64,000 nucleotides of DNA from Camelus dromedarius (Eukaryota): positions 112,594,001 through 112,658,000 of the forward strand of contig NC_087437.1 in assembly GCF_036321535.1 (NCBI RefSeq), read 5' to 3'. Within the stretch, counting starts at the first letter, position 1, and each line of letters begins with the position of its first letter. The notes beneath the pieces were generated by a model. The model did no database searches. It was not told the origin of the DNA and worked only from the letters and a program-made list of their open reading frames with translations. The translations under genes were made by a program, and so were the position numbers. Below are positions 39,239 through 51,090 of the stretch, piece by piece.

Positions 39239-41241
39239 GTAAGTTTAAAAAGATTTCCCTTTTTTTCATTTACTTTGGAACCATATTTTTAAAAACTCGG
39301 TATTGTGGCAAATTTCAGATGTACACATATGTAGAGGGAAAAATATAATCAACCCATCATAAAGTTTCAGTGACTATCCACTCATGGCCAATATTGTTTC
39401 GTCTGGATTCTTTTGAGCAACTCCCAGACATCAGGTCATATCACCCACAAATACTTGTGTATGTTTCTAAAAGATAACACTTTTAAAGATATAATTCCAA
39501 TACCATTATCACACCTACACAATTTACAGTAAGTCCTTAATGTCTTCAACTATCAAGTCTGTTATAATTTCCCTGATAGTCTTTAGATATTTTTTGGGGT
39601 ATGGTTGGTTTGTTCAAATCAAGATCTGAACAAGAGACACACATTGTGTTAGTTCACGTGTCTCCTCTAAGTTGTTTCATTAGTGAATCCCCTTCCATCG
39701 CTGTTGTTTGTTTGTTTTGACTTTGTTTTGTTTTTTTTTTTTTTCAATTTATTTTGTTCAAGTTTCAAGTGACGGGGTCATTTCTTCTATACTTTTTCTG
39801 AAGACTGGATTTAAAGCATGGCAGTTTTGTTTGTTTTATTTTTACTTTAGTTTATCTGCTTGAAACATCAATCTGCATAAGATGTGTTTTTCAGGTAATT
39901 TTTCCTAACATTATTAGGAAAGTGTTAAATGTTGATTTTGCTTCCTGGCCCAGTTTTTGTTTTGTTCTGTTTTAAAAGGGAGCATGCCATGTTAATGAAT
40001 TTCTCTTGGCAGCTGTCTAACCTAGTCATCATGAAGAGAGTAAGTCGGCACAAAGCACCAGCCCTGTGATCACATCTGTAAAAGTGATGTGCTGGTACAG
40101 AAGTCTGCCACCTTTTCAAAACCATTAGTGTTCTTGTTTTATTTTGTGTTTTGTTTTTGTCCCCAACTTAATTACTGAGCAAGCTTTTTTTATTTGCTTG
40201 TTTGTTTTTGTTTTGTCTGTTGGTTTGAAGGCTTTGCTTCTGTTTATAATTGCAGGGACGAATTCTGACAGGGCAGTAGAAGTTGCAGGGCTGTCAGGCC
40301 TGTGAGGGAAGGGATCATATCTGTCTCAGGCACCATTTTATCCCGAATGTCTAAGGCAGTGCCTGGCACACAGGAGGCGTCAGGCAAGTCTGTTTGCAGG
40401 GCCTGAATGAACCACTGCTCCACCTGTCGCTGTCATACCAAACCCTGCAGAGAGGGGAGACACAGTGTTTAGACATTTTGCTTGTGTGCTAGGCACCGTC
40501 ACATACTGCCCTTCACATATTGCCTCTTCCCACCTTTTTGGAAAATTTCTGAACTTTTGGAAGCTTTCTACCTATGTAGTCTACAGGTATTTTGGTGAAT
40601 TCATTTGAGGAGACCTAGCACTCCAGTGACGATGATCTCAAACGAGGGATTATCTATCTGGTCAGTCCAAGAGCCGACGCTGAAGAAGAACCTAAGGCCC
40701 TTTCCCTTTACTTTGCCATCATTTGTTTTTTTCCAGGATACCCATTTATAAAAACAGCTTCAGTGAGTTATAATCTATGTACCGTAAAATTCACTACAAT
40801 CTAGTAGTTCAATATTTTTATCACCCCAAAAAGATTCTTAGGGAATCTCATAAGATACTAATTGTGAAGCTCAGTTTTTCCATAACTTTTACTTGGGGCA
40901 TTTAGGACATCTGAAAATGCTGTTTTAAATTAGATTATTGCTGAAGTTTATGTAAATAAATGATGATTATTAATTTATATTTTCATACAATCCTGCTAAC
41001 TTTAGGGATATGGGGTAAGTTTTTTAAAAAAGAATTTGTGCCAGTGTCTTTTTTTTTTTTGGCTTGCTTTACTCTTAGTTTTCTAATTTTATCTTCATAA
41101 CTTCCAAGGATGAACAGATGTTAATTTATCAAATCATTTGTAACATAATGACAGAATCTTAAAGTACTATGGAAACAGTGTGTGTGCACACTTTGTTTTT
41201 TTTCTCCTCGAATAATTCTTTGTCTTTTCTTTGGATTGTAG

Positions 41242-41334
41242 GCAGCCTGGATATTTGGGCCATAACTGTAGAGGAAAGAGCGAAGCATGACCAACAGTTC
41301 CATAGTTTAAAGCCAATATCTGGATTTATTACTG
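41242..41334 (+). CDS. ITSN1: Intersectin-1 exon 3 ([31 protein letters not shown]), start of EH1, 93 nt
   Basis: Pyrimidine tract and TAG acceptor at 41239-41241; donor GTAATT at 41335; phase 1-1; peptide seen in ORF 41169..41426. Confidence 0.97.
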
Positions 41335-42338
41335 GTAATTGGAGTCAGTATTTGTACATTTTTACTTATCGCAGTGCATATTTCTGTGGAAAATCTCTTA
41401 TGCAGAGTGAAGGTGGGCACATATGACTGAGGGGGCAGTTTACCTGTTTTGCCTTAGCCTGGGGTCTGGATTTTCACAGTTGCTTTACCTCCAGTGTACT
41501 CAAGCCCTTTTTGCTGTCCTTAATGGATGCCAGGTCACTTGTTTCAAACATATCACTGATGGGAATTGGTTAAGGTTAATGGACCACATTCTTTAAGTAA
41601 TGTAGCATTGGCCTGTTGTCCTTGAGCAAAAACACTTCTTTAATTCTGATCCTGAACTGGATTGAGAAACTTAAGTTAAATTAACAGATTCTGAACATAA
41701 GAAAAAAAAAGAATCTGTCTATTTCTGTGTCCCTAAAGATTCTTTTGTACTTTGCCTTTCTAGTGTCTTTCCTCTTCGATGACTCTTCAGGAATTAGCTT
41801 TAGTAAAAAAAATGAGATGTAGGTTTCCTGGGGACTTGTGTTTGTGTGTGTTTGTCTCATAGTTCTCATTAGCTTATTAACTCTTAGTCATAGATGTGGT
41901 CTTTTAATCATTGTTACTTACTCTTCATAAATATATTAAAAGTACCAAAAATTTGAAGTGTAGATGATTGGGAGTGGCAAAGAACTTTCCTATAAAGTAG
42001 ACATATGGGTCATCAGTTTCTCGAGGATCCTGTAGGTGCACTTTGTCATAATGTGTAGCTGTTACCATCTTAGTTGCCAGCAGATTGATTAAGGTGGACA
42101 GTCTACCTCTACAAAATGGTATGTTTTTTTTTGAGGTGACTTTTGTTAAGTGTTAATTTCTGAAGTCATTGCTGTTGGGTTCATTTGACTGTTGCTTATA
42201 AGCTTACCATTTGGCTTTCAAAATGTATTCAGTTCAGTATTTACAGGATTATTAGCCTCCTCCTTTTTGTAATTTTGCCATAAGAGGATATCTCTCAGCT
42301 GCTGTTTTCTTCTGAAACTTTTTCCATTTAATTCACAG

Positions 42339-42402
42339 GTGATCAAGCTAGAAACTTTTTTTTTCAATCTGGATTACCTCAACCTGTTTTAGCACAGATA
42401 TG
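42339..42402 (+). CDS. ITSN1: Intersectin-1 exon 4 (DQARNFFFQSGLPQPVLAQI-W), EH1, 64 nt
   Basis: Acceptor attcacAG at 42337-42338, donor GTAAGT at 42403; translated by hand in frame with neighbours; carries the EH-domain SGLP..LAQIW motif. Confidence 0.97.
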
Positions 42403-43069
42403 GTAAGTTGGGACTTCATACAAGCAGAAGGTAAAATAAAATTGTCCAGTTATATCTAATTTCAATTTCTTAAGCTACAGTAGGAGAACATATATCTCTA
42501 GTCTTAAATACTCCACTACTTCTTACCAGAGAAATACTTCTGAAAAGTATCTTTCTGATAATGGAACTTAAAAAAGAAAAAAGTGGTGACACGTGCAAGG
42601 AAGCTAGCACTGTCATAAATTTGAATTTCCAGTTGAGAAATCTACATTTTGATTTTTTCCCACCAGTTTCTTTTGGCTTCATCCACATCACCCATACTCA
42701 TCTGAATGTCCCACATTTCTTGCTTTATAATGTGATGGTTCTGTATCTTTCATTAAAAAGAAAGTAAAGAAAATATTTGAGGGTTAATAGTGAAATAACC
42801 GGTTTTTATTACAACATTATACAAGGTAACTGCATAATAAATATTGTTGAATTCCTTGATTAACTAGCACAAATTAGCATTCAGTCTTTGGAAATCACAG
42901 GAAAGAAAAAGAGTAAGTGAAGAAGAGTGGTAGATACAGTTTTGGGTTCTAGGTTTACGACTTTGGGAAGCTGTGCTGAATTGTTTTGCCAAGAAGCCAG
43001 TTTTCCACGATGTATAGTTCTAACAGTTAATACTTCATTTCCTGGACTTATTAGTGTTGGGGAGGCAAC

Positions 43070-43290
43070 TTGCCGTAGTTGAAAGAGCACATGATTTGTA
43101 GTTTGAGTCCCAACTGTATGACTTTCTATCTTTATGATTTGGAACATGTATTTACCCTCCCACCTCAGTTTTCTAATCTAGAAAATGGGAAGACTTAAAA
43201 TATTTCCTTACAGGGTTATTGAGTGGATTAGCAGAGAAACAGTATATAAAGGACTTAGTGTAGGCCCTGGCACATGATAGGTCCTCAAAA
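43070..43290 (+). mobile_element. MIR SINE
   Basis: 'cctcagttttctaatctagaaaatggga...cagggttattg...ctggcacatgatagg'. Confidence 0.7.
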
Positions 43291-43448
43291 CAAAACCCTC
43301 AAAAGGTAGCTGATATCATCATCAGGGACTGGGGATTCCACATAACTAAATTATCCAACTAATTGGTTGTCCCCTTAAATCATCAACTTTTAAATTTTTT
43401 AATTTTATGGAAATTAATAAAGACTAATATAGTTCTTGTTACCTTAAA

Positions 43449-43730
43449 ATTTTTTTAATTCTTTAATTTTTTAATTTTTTAAACATATCCATCCATACAT
43501 ATTTTTTTCTTTTCAGATTCTTTTCCATTATATCTTTTTACAAGAAGTTGAATACAGTTCCCTGTACTATAAAGTAGTAGGTCAATCATGTGTATTCTTT
43601 AATTTGTGGGGGGAGGGGGATAAGGTAATTAGGTTTACTTATTTATTTTTAGAGGAGGTACTGGGGATTGAACCCAGGACCTCATGCATGCTAAACATGC
43701 GCTCTACCACTTGACTTATACCCTCCCCTC
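43449..43730 (-). mobile_element. Vic-1-type SINE (43608-43730) followed by an L1 3' UTR piece (~43490-43580) inside one apparent TSD
   Basis: Antisense SINE head 'ggtactggggattgaacccaggacctc...ataccctcccc'; flanks cttgttaccttaaa (43435-43448) / cttgttgcctttaa (43731-43744). Confidence 0.82.
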
Positions 43731-44827
43731 CTTGTTGCCTTTAAGCAGAGTCTACAGAATGTAATCTAATCTTGATTATAAGTGTCATCAGTGTGAAAAT
43801 CATTAAGTATGTTCTGAAATAGCAAAACTTTCATAGGGAATTATGTATTATTTATGTGTGGGCATATTTGAATTGAAATTAAATCCTACCAGATTCCTGT
43901 GCTTTTTTTGGTATCTGCTTTATTTTCTTTTTCCTGGTTGTCAGCACATTGGCTGCCAGACAGTCTCAACTGTGTTGCCCTTCTGGTATTAACTTCTGAT
44001 CTACTTTGAACTAGAAAAATGAGATAACCAGCTTTTTTTTGGAATTATTTTTAAAAATAAAGTAAAATGCAGAGAGAGAGGGAGAAAGAGAACACTCATG
44101 CGTATGTGCACACAAGGGCACTGACCTGTTGGTTCAGTGCATGAGTCTCAATGCAAGAGACTTGTGATGTCTGTGTTAAACCTCTTTTGCTTTGTGTCCT
44201 GGTATGTGTTTCACACTATCTAGTGAGTCAAGATCACTCATTAGAACTTCCTTTCCCAGACTTAACTTCATCCACTGAATTCTGCTTTTATACTGTATTT
44301 CCAATCTGTGAAGGTTCATTCAGGAAGCAGTCTTATAATGAATACTCTGCTGCAAGGACATCTTACTTTACATTTATTCATGCAACAGTGGAAAAATATT
44401 TATTACATGTCTTCTATGGGGCAATGACTGTTGCAGGTGCTGGGAATACAGCTGTGAACAAAATAGAGAAAATGTGTGCTTTCATAGAAATTGCAATCCA
44501 GTGGAAGGAGGTGGTCAATAATAGCATAAAAATTGTTACATGTTAATGAGTATATTGGAGAAAAATAAAATATTATTTAGGAAACTTCACTTTTTTTCAA
44601 TTAAGACAGCTGTTAGTTTTCCAAACTGGTTTTTTTTTTAAACCAGTGTATACCAAGTCATTTTTGCAGACTTATTCTTTTCATAGGGAAAATTTTTATT
44701 AACAGTGAAGATAATGAGTTGGCAGACTTAGGTTGAATCCAAAATTTTCTTTGTCTTCAATTTTTCTCTGACATTTTGTCAAATAAATTTGTGATGGCGT
44801 ATTTTACTTTTCATCAAGAATTGCTAT

Positions 44828-45004
44828 TAGAGATTTTTTAAAAAGTTTCTTCTGTATAGCACAGGGAACTATGTTCAATATCTTGTAATAACCTTTATTG
44901 AAAAATATGAAAATAAATATATGTATGTATATGCAGGACATTGTGCTGTACACCAGAAGTCGACACATTGTAATTGACTGTACTTTAATTAAAAAAAAAA
45001 AAAG
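44828..45004 (+). mobile_element. 5'-truncated L1 3' UTR with exact 12-bp TSD
   Basis: 'ctgtatagcacagggaactat...ctgtacaccagaagtcgacacattgtaa' plus poly(A); TSD AAGAATTGCTAT at 44816-44827 and 45005-45016. Confidence 0.9.
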
Positions 45005-45057
45005 AAGAATTGCTATGGGGGAAAAACACACCTCTAAGTATCTTTTCCCAAAATAAA

Positions 45058-45222
45058 TTTTTTTTTAATTTTATATTTTATTGAAGTATAGTTGATTTAC
45101 ATTAGTTTCAGGTATACAGCAAAGTGATTCAGTTATACATGTATATGTATATTTTCAGATTCTTTTCCATTATATGTTATTACAAGAAATGGAATATCGT
45201 TCCCTGTGCTATATAGTAAGTA
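45058..45222 (-). mobile_element. 5'-truncated L1 3' UTR
   Basis: Poly-T, then 'ttattgaagtatagttgatttaca...ttccctgtgctatatagta'. Confidence 0.85.
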
Positions 45223-46289
45223 CGTAGAAATATCTCAGGAAAGCAGTTTTGAGTTTCATGAACCACAGATGTCCCGCTAAGGTGCCGGAATGGTGCAGGG
45301 CAGAGCACGAGTGAGATCCATCGTTCAGCACTAGCTCTGATGCTTGTTCACTTTATAAGCCTGGGCAGTACTTCACCTCTTCAAACTTAGGTTTTTAAAC
45401 TTATAAATAACAGCTGACCTAATGAAATCATTTTTTTCTCCCTCTTGCGCTCATCTTGTGTTCTCCTGTGGTTTTTCTAGTTGGGTCACAGGAAAGGCCC
45501 ATACCCCTTTTGGTAGAGAGAGGATTGGGTTTGAGTCTAAAGTTTTATTTTAGGCAGTCCCTGTGTCAGTCATCTGGGGAAGAAGAAAATACTGGATTGA
45601 GAACTGGGAACTGTTTCTAGTTTCCCTCTGTCTCTGGACCTTACTTTCTTTGCTCTGGACCTTTTTTCAAATACATGAGTGATGTGGACTGCTGGGGAGT
45701 GTCTGTCAGAAACCTTTATAACTTTGTTCCATGTAGAAACTATATTTCAGTTTCAACTAATTTATGAACTTTTAAATTGTAACTTATTAATACTTTGGGG
45801 CTACTTATCTCTTCAATCCAGTTTCTAATTAAGAACACAGGAAAACCTGAATTCTCCCTCAGAGGACGGATTCAAGTCAGTGTATATAGTGCCAAATTGT
45901 AACAGTGGCCAAAGACAATACATCTTCCTAGAAATTGTCTTAATAATAAGGAGCTGGACGGAAACTTGCCAATATTCTATATCCTTTTGGCAACTTACAT
46001 GCTTAACGTTGTTCCAGCCTTGGCACAGTGTGGAGAGGGAGAAGAAGAAAGCAGAGGGGAAAGGACAAGATCCAGAGATGTGGGGGAAAAATTAGAACAG
46101 CTTGGTGACCTGGTTCAAGGATGGGGCAAGGGGGCAGGGCAAACACCTGTACGACGCCTTAGGATTCTATCTTAGGATACTTCTGAGTATATGTCAGAAG
46201 GGCCTTCAGCCTCCAGCAAGATCAATTTGCCAAAGTCATTTACCAAAAAAAAAAAAAAACCCAAAAACCAAAACACCCTGTACATTCCA

Positions 46290-47145
46290 GAGTCTTCAGC
46301 ATCTCTGTTCATGACACTGACCATCTGTCCAGCTACTGGGAGCCATGCCTGGTGCCTCTCCTTACGCTACACAACCGATCCATCAGCGTATCCTTTTGAC
46401 TCCATTTACAGACTGTATCCCCAACCTGGCCATTTCGTTCTGTCTCCTTTGCTACCATCCTGAATTGTCATCTCTCACCTGTGTCCACTCTTGGAGCGTC
46501 CTGACCAGAGTTGCTCTTCCACACCTGCGCCTTTGGATTCCATTCTCCAAGCAGCACCAAGCAATTTTTTTTAAAACTAAATCTGTTTAAAACCCTCTAT
46601 TGAAAAGAAAACCCAGAGTCATTACCAAGGCTGTAAGGACCAATATGATCTGGGCTCTTGCTTTTTCCTTCTTTTCTCATTTTGTACCACTCCCTTCCTC
46701 AATTTTTGCACTCTGGTTTCACTGAGCTTCTTTCTGTTCTTTAAATGGACTTCTTTTGCCTCCGGGGCATCACAGTTGGCATTTCCTCTTTCTGTAATGC
46801 AGCTCTTCTGGAGCCTCACCTATCTGGCTGATTGCCCTCCAGGTTTCATTTCATGTGTCGTCTCCCCAGAGAAGTGCTTCTTGACCCCTGGTCTAGAGTA
46901 GTTCCCTCTTCCACCTGCTCCTACCCAACATGTCTGCTTTCCCATGTCCTTGTTTTATTTCTTAATAGCATTTATCGTCATGTGGGATAATCTGAATAGT
47001 TAGTTTTCTTGTTGAGCGTCTGCTGCCACTGAAACAAGCTCTCTGAGGGCAGGAACCTTGCCTGTCTTTTTTCTTGGTTGTAAGCGCAGTTGCTAGATAG
47101 CGCCGAGACCTTAGTAGGTGCCCCTGTTCAAAGAATATTTGTTGC
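46290..47145 (+). mobile_element. L2 LINE fragment
   Basis: 'agctctctgagggcaggaaccttgcctgtc...agtaggtg...aagaatatttgttg' L2 3' end. Confidence 0.7.
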
Positions 47146-47146
47146 C

Positions 47147-47262
47147 GGGAGGGTGTAGCTCGGTGGTTGAGTGCATGCCTAGCTTGCATGAGGTCCTGGG
47201 TTCAATCCCCAGTACCTCTGTTAAAAATATAAACTCAATAAACCTAATTACACCTACCCCCC
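47147..47262 (+). mobile_element. tRNA-derived SINE (Vic-1 type)
   Basis: 'gggagggtgtagctcggtggttgagtgcatgcctagcttgcatgaggtcctgggttcaatccccagtacctc'; flanks aatatttgttg / aatattgttg. Confidence 0.92.
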
Positions 47263-48126
47263 AAAAAATATTGTTGGAGGAATAAACAAACAGATGATTG
47301 AGTGATTAGACCTGGTTAATCTGCCCAGTGAGAGAGATGAGCAGCCTGTGATGAGCCTTGTGGATGAGGTGGGCCCCTAAAGGCACCTGTCGGCTGCAGC
47401 TCTGGTGCAGTGAATGAGATGGAGCAAGAAGGGGCTGGTCTCCCGCCTCCCCCAAACCCTGTGATAAACAGAATAGTTGCAGAATTGCTTCACTTAGCCC
47501 TACCACCAACACCAAACCCGTTCGGGGCGTTCCAGGTCACTGACAGTTGTTTTGTTTGTAGATGGAGGATATACGAAGTACTGTGTTCAGAAGTTACTCG
47601 CATTAGTTTTTTTCCTCCCTTCCTCCTATGTGAACATGTTACTTATTTAAAATACTGTTACTTTTATTTATTTCTGTTTTTATTCAGTTGGGGGATCTCT
47701 CATCTTTGTGGACTGAATTTCATTTTTTGACTGCATAACACATTAACAAGGTTCCCAAAGCCAAACTGCACAAAAATGTAAACTCAGAGAAGGGTCACGG
47801 CCTCTCCTATCCTTTCATCTCATTCTTACTTGTTTTATTAATTTCTATTATCCTTTCTTTGTTTTTGTGGGAAAAAAGCATGTCCGTAATACATTATGTA
47901 TACGAATTTATATTTAAATTATTTCCTCTTTCCTTCTTCCTTTGCAGGTAACCTCCTTCTTTTGTTCTTTGCTTTTCTTACTTAACAACATGTCCTGGAG
48001 ATCACTCATATCATTCTATAGAGATCTTTCTCATTTTCTTTTTACAGTTATATAATACTTACTGTGGAAGATATACCATAGTTTATTCAACCAGTCTCCT
48101 GTGTTGTCTGCATCTGGGTTGTTTCT

Positions 48127-48487
48127 TTTTTAAATAATTAACTAACTAATATTTATTTATTTAATTGAAGTATAGTCAGTTTACAATGTTGTGTCAATTT
48201 CTGGTGTACAGACAGCATAATGTTTCAGTCATACATATACATATTTTTATATTCTTTTTCATTATAGGTTACTACAAAATACTGAATGAAGTTCCTTTGT
48301 GCTAAATACATAGTAGAAACTTGTTTATCTGGGTTTGTGAGGGTTTTCCTTGTAGTTTCAATTGTACGGGATAGTCTTCTAAAGTTCAGTAGGTATTCTG
48401 TGAGAATTGTTTTACATGTAGATGCATTTTTGATGTATTTGTGGGAGAGGCTGAGCTCTGTGGCCTTTTACTCTGCCACCTTGAAGC
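48127..48487 (-). mobile_element. Internally deleted, probably spliced L1: ~160 nt of 5' UTR joined to ~200 nt of 3' UTR
   Basis: Minus strand starts 'agcttcaaggtggcagagtaaaaggccacagagctcagcctctcccacaaatacatcaaaaatgcatctacatgt' (L1 5' end) and continues at 48328 as L1 3' UTR; degenerate TSD 11/14. Confidence 0.75.
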
Positions 48488-49559
48488 TCTAGATTATTTC
48501 TAATACTTTGCAATTACAAATAATGCAGCAAAGTGAGTTAAAGTATATATATTTTTGTATTGTTGGAGATACAGCTTCAGGGTAAATTTCTAGGGTTGAA
48601 TTGCTGTGTCAGAGAGTAAATGCATATATAGTTCTGTAGATGTTGCCAGATTTTACTCCATTTGGAGTTGAAGCACTTTTCCCACTGACAGTATATAAGA
48701 GTGGTATGTGGTTTATTTGTACAAGTCAAGCAAAAACCTTACCCTTAGAACTCAGCATGCTTGTGGTCCTTTTCTCATCTCAGCCAAGCCTGTTGTTATG
48801 TACAGATTTTAATAATAGACTAAACATTGTAGTTAAGATTTGTTTGTTTTCAAGAGTCATAAATAGCAATCATTCGACTTATTTTTTATTAGAAACACTT
48901 TTTATCATCCTGTTTTTATAACTTTAGAAGTTTTGTAAATTTAATTTCTCAGACTCTTAGTTTTTTGGGGTGATTATGAGAAATGAGTAAACTGAGAAAT
49001 AACTATAAATAGGAGATGAAGTGGCTCACAGAGCTGAAATCATTTTTGCAAAGAAGTCTTGAGAAACAGAAAGAATTCTAACTTGATTCCAGTGTATTGG
49101 GAGGCGGCAGGGAGGAGAGCTGAACTTTGCAGGAGTAATGACTCTATTTCCAAAAAGACTTTGCATTTTTACTACCAAGGAGTCCCAACAGTTAAGTTTT
49201 GTTAGTTGAGAAAAAGAACTTTTTAAAAACGATTACACAAAATTCTCAAAAAAGTTTTGGGATTGTGGTGGGTATTTAGAACCTGAGCATTACATGTTTC
49301 TTCTTCCATTGAGGCTTCTTCTAATTAAGCCAGTACTAGGAAGTCTTGTCTCCCCTAACCCACTCGCTATCCCACACTGGATATTTCCGTTTCTCTCCAG
49401 AAAGCATGTTTTGGGGGCAGTGGTGTGGGGAATAAGGAGTAGGAATCTTATCTACCTGATTTTTTTTTTAAGTATGCCTGTCGATGCTGATTTTGGGGAA
49501 CTTTTATCAGGAAAACCATTTGAAACAGCTGAATATCTTTTAAAAAATATTTAATAAAA

Positions 49560-51090
49560 GAAAGAAAGCTCACCATTTCATTTTATTTATTTAACTTCCT
49601 TTATAAAACCTGAAAGATACTGCAAAAATAAAGCAACCAGAGACCAGTCTCAATTAAGATCATAGACACAGAAAATTGAAGCAAATGCTTAGCAAATAGA
49701 ATTTCACAATGTATGAAAACTATGACCAACTTGAGCGTATGCCAGGGGTGCAAGATTGGTTCAGAATCAAGAAATTCTCACAACATTATTATATCAGCAG
49801 AGAAAAGGAAAAAGAAAATGTGTGGTCAGATCAGCACATGCTGATTAGGCATTTGGTAAAAAATACAGTAACCATTTCTAATAAGTAGAAAAGGGAACTG
49901 CTTAAATATGTCAAATTACTTTCTAAAAATCAGTACCAAATATTATTCTAAATAATGAAACACTATGGCCATTTTGTTTAAACTCAAAAGTAAGCGGGGA
50001 TGCTCACTGATTCAGGGATGTCTTAGAGGCAATAAGACCAATAAAAAAGGAATGGTGTAAATACTGGAAATGAAAGTTAACTCTCTGTTTGTCTAGTTAT
50101 GAGATTGTGTAAGATTCATAGAAGTTTGGTAAGATAGCTGAGTACAGCCAACAGAAATGATTAATAAAGCAAAATTTTTCTCTGTGCTTGAAATAAACAC
50201 CTGAATATGGAAGTGGGGGGAACGCTGTAAGTAAAAGAGCGACAAGAAGGATAAAATTCCTAATAATACGTTTAACAAGAAATGTAAATACTTGTATGAA
50301 GGAAGTGAAATAATCTTATTAAGGGAAATATTAGTAAAACTGAACATACTATTTTCTTTGGACAAACTATCATAAATATGTCAGTTCTCTAAAAATTAAT
50401 GTATCTAATGCAGTTTCATCTTCGATTTCAATAGAGTTGTTTGCAGAATAGATAAATGATCTTAATGTTCATAGGGAAGAAGAAATATCTGTGAATAGCC
50501 AAAGTTAAAAAAAAAAAAAAAGGCTTGTTAGATACTAGAACATGCCATACAGTCTAGTGCAATCAGATTATTGTCATATTGACCTGGGACTTGTTCACTC
50601 AGAGTAGATAATCCAGAAATAGGTCTCATTTCATATGAACATTTCATAAACCGTAAAAATATTTTTTACTTCAGTGGGAAGAGGATGGATTAATTAATAA
50701 GTATTGCTGAGAAAGCTAGGTATCCATCGGGATACACTCTACACAAATGCATGCAGTTACAGTTGGTTTCAAGATTGAAATATAATAAAATAATACAACC
50801 TTAGAAAATAAAGCTATATGATGAAAGGAATATTTTATATATATAAAAATGTAGAATTTCAGTATGGTAAAGATACGATACACAAGATGGACAAAGTTTT
50901 AGAAAGTCAACAACTGACAGTTGATATGTAATATACAGTGAGCTCTTTTAAACTGACAAGGAAAAGATATGCAATCCACCAGAAAAGTTGGCAAAGAACG
51001 TGAATGAGCAGTTCGTGGAAGTACCAATCCAGATGTCCAAGAAACATGGCAAGCGATGCTCAAGGCCGCTAGCAGTGAGTGAAATTCAGA
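49560..51090 (+). mobile_element. Ancient L1 ORF2 remnant
   Basis: A-rich, with 'ccaggggtgcaagattggttca', 'aaatatgtcagttctct...aattaat', 'aatccaccagaaaagttggcaaag' L1 ORF2-like motifs; heavily decayed. Confidence 0.65.
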
